Below are positions 8,729 to 15,064 of a stretch of 15,064 nt of DNA, piece after piece. Source of the DNA: a virus (taxonomy: Duplodnaviria; Heunggongvirae; Uroviricota; Caudoviricetes); the IMG/VR virus record IMGVR_UViG_2778261705_000029. One strand, given 5' to 3'. The notes beneath the pieces were generated by a model that had not been told where the DNA came from, did no database searches, and saw only the letters and a program-made list of their open reading frames with translations. The translations under genes and the position numbers were made by a program. The number at the start of each line of letters is the position of its first letter. Positions within the stretch are counted from its first letter, which is position 1.

Positions 8729-8981
8729 GGTTCACCTCCTGTTCCTGTGGTTTAAACCCATTCTGGTTTTGGCTAGATTGAAAACGTGCCGGATAAAGAA
8801 TCTGCATTTCGCTGACTTCACCCTTAAAAAAATTGGCTAAACGTTCTGCAAGCTCGATAGATGGAATCTGCTCCAGCCTCTCAATACGACTCAACGTCGC
8901 TGGATTGACTTGAACACCCGCAGCAACATGCTGCAAAGTGAAACCATGCGCCTTACGCACATTTCGTAATGGTGATTGCAT
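8721..8981 (-). CDS. cro: Cro-like HTH (XRE-family) repressor
   Basis: 86-aa helix-turn-helix protein (FTLQHVAAGVQVNPATLSRIE) transcribed divergently from cI; ATG 8979-8981 with GGAGGG RBS. Confidence 0.75.
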   Translation of the reverse strand: MQSPLRNVRKAHGFTLQHVAAGVQVNPATLSRIERLEQIPSIELAERLANFFKGEVSEMQILYPARFQSSQNQNGFKPQEQEVNRG

Positions 8982-9078
8982 ACGCCCTCCAAATATTGCG
9001 CGTTATGCATGTTATTTCACGCAATTATTTTGCGCAAGTTGATTTGCTTATCACGCAATAAAGAAATGTAATAAACGC
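8982..9078. promoter_or_regulatory. OR-like divergent promoter/operator region (pR for cro, pRM-like leaderless promoter for cI)
   Basis: TTGC-N7-GCAA-type sites at 8996-9010 (TTGCGCGTTATGCAT) and 9044-9058 (TTGCTTATCACGCAA), plus palindrome CGCAA-N5-TTGCG at 9020-9034. Candidate pRM: -35 TTGCTT 9044-9049, -10 TGTAAT 9067-9072, with the cI ATG at 9079 and no Shine-Dalgarno. Candidate pR on the minus strand: -35 TTGCGC, -10 TAACAT. Confidence 0.55.
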
Positions 9079-9771
9079 ATGAACATAGGAAACCGAGTCA
9101 GACAACTTCGCCAAGCGAAGAACATGAAAATCGCCGATCTCGCTGAAGCGATAGGAGTAGATGCGGCGAACATCTCGCGCTTAGAAACGGGTAAGCAAAA
9201 ACAATTTACCGAACAAACACTGAGTAATATTGCCAAGAGCTTAGGTGTTGATATTGCTGATCTCTTTACCTCTGCCCACAAAAGTAATACTGTATATAAA
9301 AACAGTAATAATGAGGATGTTGCGCAGGTGAAGGATGTGTTCCGTATTGAAATGCTGGATATCAGTGCCAGTGCGGGAAATGGCCTTATCCAGGGCGGTG
9401 ATGTCATTGATGTGATTCATGCCATCGAATACAGAACTGATAATGCTGTATCAATGTTCGGCGGACGACCAGCCAATCACATCAAAGTTATCAACGTTCG
9501 TGGGGACAGTATGTGTCCAACCATTGAGCCAGGAGATCTCATCTTCGTTGATGTCAGCATCAATCAGTTTGATGGTGATGGTATATATGTCTTTGGTTTT
9601 GATGACAAAATATACGTTAAAAGACTTCAAATGATTCCTGACAAACTGCTGGTGATTTCTGATAACCAGATTTACCGTGAATGGGGAATTACTAGCGAAA
9701 ACGAACACCGATTCATGGTCTTTGGAAAGGTCTTAATCAGTCAGTCGCAAACCCTTAAGAGACATAATTAA
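9079..9771 (+). CDS. cI: CI-like prophage repressor (N-terminal HTH plus C-terminal S24 LexA-like autopeptidase domain)
   Basis: N-terminal XRE HTH (VRQLRQAKNMKIADLAEAIGVDAANISRLETGK) and C-terminal S24 peptidase with the Ser nucleophile in GDSMCPTIEPGDLIFVD and the Lys in VKRL. Divergent from cro. Confidence 0.85.
   Translation: MNIGNRVRQLRQAKNMKIADLAEAIGVDAANISRLETGKQKQFTEQTLSNIAKSLGVDIADLFTSAHKSNTVYKNSNNEDVAQVKDVFRIEMLDISASAGNGLIQGGDVIDVIHAIEYRTDNAVSMFGGRPANHIKVINVRGDSMCPTIEPGDLIFVDVSINQFDGDGIYVFGFDDKIYVKRLQMIPDKLLVISDNQIYREWGITSENEHRFMVFGKVLISQSQTLKRHN
9288..9307. promoter_or_regulatory. Near-consensus LexA/SOS box inside the cI coding sequence
   Basis: TACTGTATATAAAAACAGTA against consensus TACTGTATATATATACAGTA: CTGT-N8-ACAG with TA flanks and an all-A/T spacer. 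It is the only CTGT-N8-ACAG I found scanning the window by eye. Lies in the linker-coding part of cI. Confidence 0.55.
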
Positions 9772-9791
9772 CCTCAATATCCCATCCATCG

Positions 9792-9812
9792 GCCACCGAA
9801 AGGTGGCTTTTT
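9792..9812 (+). terminator. Rho-independent terminator immediately downstream of cI
   Basis: Stem gccacc/ggtggc (9792-9797 / 9802-9807), GAAA tetraloop, then TTTTT (9808-9812). Confidence 0.7.
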
Positions 9813-9825
9813 ATTACCTATAAAT

Positions 9826-9876
9826 TTGCATATCTCGCAAATACCACTTGCATATCTCGCAATTTAATTTTATCTT
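9826..9876 (+). promoter_or_regulatory. OL/pL-like operator-promoter: two perfect 15-bp TTGCATATCTCGCAA repeats overlapping a sigma70 promoter
   Basis: Identical repeats at 9826-9840 and 9848-9862, same TTGC-N7-GCAA pattern as the OR sites. -35 TTGCAT 9848-9853, 17-nt spacer, -10 TATCTT 9871-9876, oriented toward the genes on the + strand. Confidence 0.55.
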
Positions 9877-10069
9877 TTATTCCAGACCAACTACAGGATT
9901 ACAACAAAATCTGGTTGCAACACGGTGCATGTGTCGTAAGCAGTCAGTAAATGTCAAAAACGAACAGGCAGGACGCCCACGAAGTAGCCGCCTGGGGCAT
10001 ATGAAGTCCAGGATGATTCGTTGAGTCATGTTGTGCCACTAGGCACTCATGTTAAAGCAGGTGTATGAA

Positions 10070-10345
10070 ATGAAAGTCCAGATTTTAAACAATAACTGTG
10101 AAGTCGTTTGGTCATACGACATAGCCGCCCCTGTAGATCAGAGCGGCGATAGCTGGACCAATGGGAAACATCAGATTATGGCTGGAGTTGTGTTCTCTTT
10201 ACGCCGTGCTTTAGAACAGGCTGAAGTCTTTCCATCAGACCCTGAATGGAAATGGCCTTTTTCTATTTGTCCAAATTCGGAGAGTACATTTCAGAAAATT
10301 GGTCAGAAAGTCGCACTCGAAGAGCATCAGCCAACTGTTTCCTGA
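10070..10345 (+). CDS. Hypothetical protein (91 aa), first gene of the pL-like operon
   Basis: ATG 10070-10072 with AGGTG RBS 6 nt upstream. Not arginine-rich, so not an obvious N homolog. 3' end overlaps the convergent minus-strand gene by 83 bp. Confidence 0.45.
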   Translation: MKVQILNNNCEVVWSYDIAAPVDQSGDSWTNGKHQIMAGVVFSLRRALEQAEVFPSDPEWKWPFSICPNSESTFQKIGQKVALEEHQPTVS

Positions 10346-10508
10346 TTTTTTCAGGTAACTCGTCGGCATCGCAGAAACAACAACGCTCGATCATGTTGAA
10401 AGCCGATTCGTAGAACTGTTTTTGCTGAGTGTCGCTGAGACAGGAAAAGAGCGACGTTACGATGATTTTATTAATTGCATTATCAAGTTCTTTTTCATCA
10501 AAAGTCAT
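10263..10508 (-). CDS. Hypothetical protein (81 aa) convergent with and overlapping the pL-operon first gene
   Basis: ATG 10506-10508 with AAGGAAAA RBS about 7 nt upstream. Contains a CCFC motif. No family recognised. Confidence 0.45.
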   Translation of the reverse strand: MTFDEKELDNAINKIIVTSLFSCLSDTQQKQFYESAFNMIERCCFCDADELPEKIRKQLADALRVRLSDQFSEMYSPNLDK

Positions 10509-10762
10509 TTGATTTTCCTTTTATGTATACGGGCTTAAAAGGATACCACCGAGCCTGAAGTGGTGAAAAGACAGGCACATAACAGCTAAGTATTTTCAAC
10601 CAGAGAGAATCCTTAGCGTTGTGGTGAATGCGGCTCAGCGCACGCGGGTTAAGGTTGAGGCTGACAGTCGACCTTCTGTGGATACCCACCCGCCTGGTGT
10701 GCAACCTTCGCCAGGCACCGGGAGGCACCCGGCACCACAACTTTATGCTGTGTGTAGTCTTA

Positions 10763-10808
10763 GCGGTACCAGCTTGTACCCTTGCTTCCGGCTGGTACCG
10801 TCCTTTTT
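10763..10808 (+). terminator. Terminator-like hairpin (10-bp stem, 17-nt loop, T-run) inside the non-coding island
   Basis: cggtaccagc (10763-10772) pairs with gctggtaccg (10790-10799), followed by tcctttttac. Confidence 0.4.
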
Positions 10809-10897
10809 ACAAAACAGAGAAGAGCATCACCGGACGACGGGCTCATAACCCAATCCATCCGGGCGGCTGCCACCGCAGGTGTTCTTCTCTGTTTTGT
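10809..10897. repeat. Long perfect inverted repeat (15 bp arms, 59-nt structured spacer); candidate structured RNA or cis element
   Basis: acaaaacagagaaga (10809-10823) is the exact reverse complement of tcttctctgttttgt (10883-10897); a further cacc/ggtg pairing lies inside. The region has no credible ORF. Confidence 0.5.
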
Positions 10898-11021
10898 GGA
10901 GAAACTAACCGCCCCTACGGGGGCATTTATGGAAATGTAATTGACTCAATAATCGCCGGACGGTGAGGGCTTCCTTTTACCCGAATTCAGCGCGGTGCAG
11001 CGCATATACGTGGAGAACAAA

Positions 11022-11558
11022 ATGTCATTTATTAAAACTTTTTCCGGGAAGCATTTTTATTATGACAGGATAAATAAAGACGACATCGTTATTAACGATA
11101 TCGCGGTTTCCCTTTCAAATATCTGTCGCTTTGCAGGACATCTTTCACACTTCTACAGTGTCGCCCAACATGCGGTGCTTTGCAGCCAGCTGGTGCCACA
11201 GGAATTTGCTTTTGAAGCTTTAATGCATGATGCAACAGAAGCATATTGCCAGGACATCCCCGCACCACTGAAACGACTTCTTCCTGACTATAAACGGATG
11301 GAAGAAAAAATAGACGCCGTAATACGTGAGAAATACGGGTTACCTCCTGTTATGAGCACGCCAGTGAAATATGCCGATCTCATTATGCTGGCAACCGAAC
11401 GCCGCGATCTCGGGCTTGATGATGGCTCTTTCTGGCCTGTACTGGAAGGTATCCCGGCAACAGAGATGTTCAAAGTGATTCCACAGGCACCGGGCCATGC
11501 CTACGGGATGTTTATGGAACGTTTTAACGAGTTATCGGAGTTACGCAAATGCGCATGA
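11022..11558 (+). CDS. yfdR: HD-domain phosphohydrolase, YfdR-like (178 aa)
   Basis: ATG 11022-11024 with GGAG RBS; the track's 10995 start is a GTG without RBS. HD motif region (HFYSVAQHAV ... MHDATEAY). Lengths 178/120/101 aa for this and the next two genes match my recollection of yfdR-yfdS-yfdT in the CPS-53/KplE1 prophage. Confidence 0.6.
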   Translation: MSFIKTFSGKHFYYDRINKDDIVINDIAVSLSNICRFAGHLSHFYSVAQHAVLCSQLVPQEFAFEALMHDATEAYCQDIPAPLKRLLPDYKRMEEKIDAVIREKYGLPPVMSTPVKYADLIMLATERRDLGLDDGSFWPVLEGIPATEMFKVIPQAPGHAYGMFMERFNELSELRKCA

Positions 11559-11911
11559 ATGTTTTCGAAATGGAAGGGTTTCTTCGTGGGAGATGTGTAC
11601 CGCGAGATCTGAAAGTGAATGAAACAGATGCTGAATACCTGGTGCGTAAATTCGATGCGCTTGAAGCTAAATGTGCAGCACAGGAAAACAAAGTAATACC
11701 AGTGTCAACTGAACTGCCACCAGCAAATGAAAGTGTTTTGTTATTCGATGCTAACGGAGAAGGCTGGCTAATTGGCTGGCGTTCTCTCTGGTACACCTGG
11801 GGACAAAAAGAAACCGGAGAATGGCAGTGGACATTTCAGGTCGGGGACCTTGAAAACGTCAATATCACTCACTGGGCAGTAATGCCAAAAGCACCGGAGG
11901 CTGGAGCATAA
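11549..11911 (+). CDS. Hypothetical prophage protein, YfdS-like by position and length (120 aa)
   Basis: ATG 11549-11551 with GGAG RBS 8 nt upstream; overlaps the upstream stop. Confidence 0.5.
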   Translation: MRMNVFEMEGFLRGRCVPRDLKVNETDAEYLVRKFDALEAKCAAQENKVIPVSTELPPANESVLLFDANGEGWLIGWRSLWYTWGQKETGEWQWTFQVGDLENVNITHWAVMPKAPEAGA

Positions 11912-12216
11912 TGACCACTTTTACCGACAAAGAACTGATTAAAGAAATTAAAGAGCGTATCAGCAGCCTTGACGTGCGAGACGATATTGAGCGCCGTGCT
12001 TATGAAATCGCACTCCTATCTCTGGAAGTAGAACCAGATGAACGCGAAGCTTATGAATTATTCATGGAAAAGCGTTTCGGTGACTTAGTAGATCGTCGGA
12101 GAGCAAAAAACGGCGATAACGAATACATGGCATGGGATATGACTCTCGGTTGGATCGTCTGGCAGCAACGAGCAGGTATCCATTTTTCAACAATGTCACA
12201 ACAAGAGGTGAAATAA
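11911..12216 (+). CDS. Hypothetical prophage protein, YfdT-like by position and length (101 aa)
   Basis: ATG 11911-11913 overlapping the upstream stop (TAATG), preceded by GGAGG. Confidence 0.5.
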   Translation: MTTFTDKELIKEIKERISSLDVRDDIERRAYEIALLSLEVEPDEREAYELFMEKRFGDLVDRRRAKNGDNEYMAWDMTLGWIVWQQRAGIHFSTMSQQEVK

Positions 12217-12566
12217 TGGAGCCATACAGCCTCACACTCGATGAGGCCTGTCATTTTCTCAAGATATCCAGACCGACTGCCATTAACTGGATACGCACAG
12301 GGCGTCTTCAGGCAACACGCAAAGATCCCACTAAGAATAAATCTCCTTACCTCACAACACGACAAGCCTGCATTGCGGCTCTTCAGTCTCCGCTGCATAC
12401 TGTCCAGGTGAGCGCGGGTGATGGCATAACAGAGGAAAGAAAATGTCACTCTTCCGCAGAGGTGAAATATGGTACGCCAGTTTCACATTGCCGAACGGTA
12501 AAAGATTTAAACAGTCTCTTGGAACAAAGGACAAAAGGCAGGCGACAGAACTCCATGACAAGCTAA
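12216..12566 (+). CDS. xis: Excisionase (Xis-like winged-helix); 3' end uncertain because the frame overlaps int
   Basis: ATG 12216-12218 with AAGAGGTG RBS and TAATG coupling. N-terminus [38 protein letters not shown] has the Xis/AlpA-like pattern. The frame runs to 12566, 124 bp into int. Confidence 0.55.
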   Translation: MEPYSLTLDEACHFLKISRPTAINWIRTGRLQATRKDPTKNKSPYLTTRQACIAALQSPLHTVQVSAGDGITEERKCHSSAEVKYGTPVSHCRTVKDLNSLLEQRTKGRRQNSMTS

Positions 12567-13606
12567 AGGCTGAAGCATGGCGGGTCAGCAAACTTGGTGA
12601 AATACCTGATATAACGTTCGAGGAAGCGTGTGTCAGGTGGCTTGAAGAGAAAGCACATAAAAAATCGCTGGACGATGACAAAAGCCGGATCGGATTCTGG
12701 CTTCAACATTTCGCAGGAATGCAACTAAGAGACATTACTGAATCAAAAATTTATTCAGCAATGCAGAAAATGACGAACCGGCGTCATGAGGAAAACTGGA
12801 AACTCAGGGCAGAAGCATGCAGAAAAAAAGGGAAACCTGTTCCAGAATACACGCCAAAACCAGCGTCCGTTGCAACGAAGGCTACGCATCTTTCATTTAT
12901 AAAGGCCCTACTAAGAGCCGCAGAGCGTGAATGGAAAATGCTGGATAAGGCACCAATTATTAAAGTGCCTCAACCAAAGAATAAACGGATCCGCTGGCTG
13001 GAGCCCCATGAAGCACAAAGGCTGATTGATGAATGTCCGGAGCCATTAAAGTCTGTTGTTGAATTTGCACTGGCAACAGGCTTAAGACGCTCGAACATCA
13101 TCAACCTTGAATGGCAACAAATAGATATGCAGCGCCGGGTGGCATGGATAAACCCGGAAGAGAGTAAATCAAACCGCGCAATTGGCGTTGCGCTGAATGA
13201 TACTGCATGTCGCGTATTGAAAAAACAAATCGGGAATCATCACCGTTGGGTATTTGTGTACAAGGAAAGCTGTACCAAACCAGACGGAACGAAAGCGCCA
13301 ACAGTAAGGAAGATGCGGTATGACGCAAACACAGCCTGGAAAGCGGCGCTGAGACGGGCTGGTATTGATGATTTCAGATTTCACGACTTGAGACACACCT
13401 GGGCAAGTTGGCTGGTTCAAGCCGGAGTCCCGTTGTCAGTGTTACAGGAAATGGGAGGCTGGGAGTCTATCGAAATGGTTCGTCGATATGCTCACCTTGC
13501 ACCTAATCACCTTACCGAACACGCACGGCAAATAGACTCGATCCTGAACCCATCGGTCCCAAATTTGTCCCAGTCAAAAAATAAGGAAGGTACTAATGAT
13601 GTGTAA
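12443..13606 (+). CDS. int: Tyrosine site-specific integrase (lambda-family)
   Basis: 387 aa, AGAGGA RBS 6 nt upstream. C-terminal catalytic motifs HDLRHTWAS and VRRYAHL (Tyr nucleophile). Directly adjacent to the tRNA 3' end. Confidence 0.9.
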   Translation: MSLFRRGEIWYASFTLPNGKRFKQSLGTKDKRQATELHDKLKAEAWRVSKLGEIPDITFEEACVRWLEEKAHKKSLDDDKSRIGFWLQHFAGMQLRDITESKIYSAMQKMTNRRHEENWKLRAEACRKKGKPVPEYTPKPASVATKATHLSFIKALLRAAEREWKMLDKAPIIKVPQPKNKRIRWLEPHEAQRLIDECPEPLKSVVEFALATGLRRSNIINLEWQQIDMQRRVAWINPEESKSNRAIGVALNDTACRVLKKQIGNHHRWVFVYKESCTKPDGTKAPTVRKMRYDANTAWKAALRRAGIDDFRFHDLRHTWASWLVQAGVPLSVLQEMGGWESIEMVRRYAHLAPNHLTEHARQIDSILNPSVPNLSQSKNKEGTNDV

Positions 13607-13620
13607 CTTATTGATTTTAA

Positions 13621-13696
13621 TGGTGCCGATAATAGGAGTCGAACCTACGACCTTCGCATTACGAATGCGCTGCTCTACCAACTGAGCTATATCGGC
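13621..13696 (-). tRNA. thrW: tRNA-Thr (anticodon CGU)
   Basis: 76-nt reverse complement gccgatatagctcagttggtagagcagcgcattcgtaatgcgaaggtcgtaggttcgactcctattatcggcacca: 7-bp acceptor stem, anticodon loop TTCGTAA, T-loop GGTTCGA, encoded CCA end. Immediately downstream of proA. Confidence 0.85.
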
Positions 13697-13810
13697 CCTG
13701 AAAGGACATGTTCACGAACGTGAATCACGGTGGACAAGGTTAAAACTAACCGGGCGATGCGTCAATGGCCTTGTGAATCAAACGGCTACTTTTGCATCAC
13801 CCGGTTTTAT

Positions 13811-15064
13811 TTACGCACGAATGGTGTAATCACCAATGCCGATCCACTTGTAAGTGGTCAGTGCTTCCAGCCCCATTGGGCCACGCGCGTGGAGTTTTTG
13901 TGTGCTTACCGCCACTTCCGCACCCAGTCCAAACTGGCCGCCGTCGGTAAAACGCGTAGAGGCGTTAACGTAAACAGCGGACGAATCCACTTCGTTAACA
14001 AAACGCTGGGCGTTGCGCATATCGCGGGTCAGGATCGCATCGGAGTGTTGCGTGCCGTGTTCACGAATATGGGCGATGGCATCGTCAAGATCGCTGACGA
14101 TTTTGACGTTCAAATCTAATGACAGAAACTCATCGTCATACTCTTCGGCTTTAACCGCCACCACCTTCGCAGGGCCTGTCTGCAACTGCGCCAGCGCAGA
14201 TGCATCTGCGTGTAACGTCACGCCGCTTTCCGCCATTTGTTTGCTTAATGCGGGCAGGAAGCTATAGGCGATGTTTTTATTCACCAGCAACGTTTCTACC
14301 GTATTACATGTGCTCGGACGCTGAGTTTTCGCATTGACGATTACTTTCAGGGCTTCAGCAATCTCTGCACTTTCATCAACATAAATATGGCATACGCCTA
14401 TACCACCTGTGATCACCGGGATCGTCGACTGCTCGCGGCACAGTTTATGCAAACCAGCCCCGCCGCGCGGGATCAGCATGTCGATGTATTTATCCATACG
14501 CAGCATTTCACTGACCAGCGCACGGTCAGGATTATCAATCGCCTGCACGGCACCCGCCGGTAAGCCACAGGATTTCAGGGCGTCCTGAATCACCACCACC
14601 GTTGCCGCGTTAGTGCGACAGGTTTCTTTGCCACCACGCAGGATCACCGCGTTACCGGTTTTCAGGCACAGCGAAGCGACATCAACCGTCACGTTCGGGC
14701 GCGCTTCATAAATCACGCCAATAACCCCCAGCGGTACGCGACGACGCTCAAGACGCAGGCCGCTGTCCAGTACGCCGCCATCGATTACCTGCCCCACTGG
14801 ATCGGCGAGGTTGCACACCTGACGTACATCGTCGGCAATGCCTTTCAGCCGTGCGGGCGTCAGTGCCAGACGGTCAAGCATCGCTTCGCTAAGGCCATTG
14901 GCTCGCGCGTCAGCAACATCCTGGGCGTTAGCGTTGAGGATGATTTCGCTTTGTGCTTCCAGTTCATCGGCGATTTTTTCCAGCACGCGATTTTTTTCGC
15001 GGCTGGAGAGTTGCGCTAATTTATACGAGGCTTGCTTCGCGGCAATGCCCATTTGTTCCAGCAT
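13811..15064 (-). CDS. proA: Gamma-glutamyl phosphate reductase (complete, 417 aa)
   Basis: Full-length translation starting [13 protein letters not shown] at the window edge, recognised as E. coli ProA, ending GDYTIRA. Confidence 0.9.

Noticed and set aside
10809-10897. Retron msr/msd non-coding RNA suggested by the long inverted repeat
   Set aside because: No reverse transcriptase gene in or near the region, and the arms enclose only 59 nt, too short for a typical msr-msd unit.
10621-10966. ORFs 10621-10848 and 10628-10966 on the + strand as protein-coding genes
   Set aside because: GTG starts without ribosome-binding sites, proline/arginine-rich low-complexity translations, and they coincide with strong hairpins; more consistent with GC-rich structured non-coding DNA.
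13697-13810. A duplicated att core (second copy of the tRNA 3' end) within the window
   Set aside because: Visual scan found no second copy of the ~20-nt thrW 3' segment; attR is presumably deleted or outside the window.

Overview
The window looks like an Escherichia-type chromosome: complete proA (minus strand, right end), tRNA-Thr(CGU) thrW, and to its left a roughly 12.5 kb defective lambdoid prophage integrated at the tRNA 3' end. Reading from the tRNA leftwards the prophage has int and xis, a yfdR/yfdS/yfdT-like module (HD-domain protein plus two small proteins), a GC-rich structured non-coding island, a convergent overlapping small-gene pair, then a lambda-like immunity switch (cI on +, cro on -) with TTGC-N7-GCAA operator repeats on both sides of cI. 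The early-right operon on the minus strand carries a CII/YdaT-like protein, an O-like replication initiator with ori iterons inside its coding sequence, a Dam-like N6-adenine methyltransferase, a LexA DNA-binding-domain-only protein, RusA, a KilA-N protein, a DUF968/HNH-like protein and a Q-like antiterminator followed by a pR'/tR'-like late promoter-terminator unit. No lysis or structural genes are present: where they should be there is an AT-rich cargo (GNAT-like protein plus a 61-aa protein), a DNA methyltransferase C-terminal fragment and a 5'-partial IS3-family transposase at the left edge. The points most worth a second look are a near-consensus LexA (SOS) box inside the cI coding sequence together with the phage-encoded LexA-DBD paralog, the cargo sitting at the Q-dependent late position, and the hairpin-rich non-coding island upstream of the HD-domain gene. 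All protein family assignments are from reading the translations by eye and from memory of the families; no searches were run.
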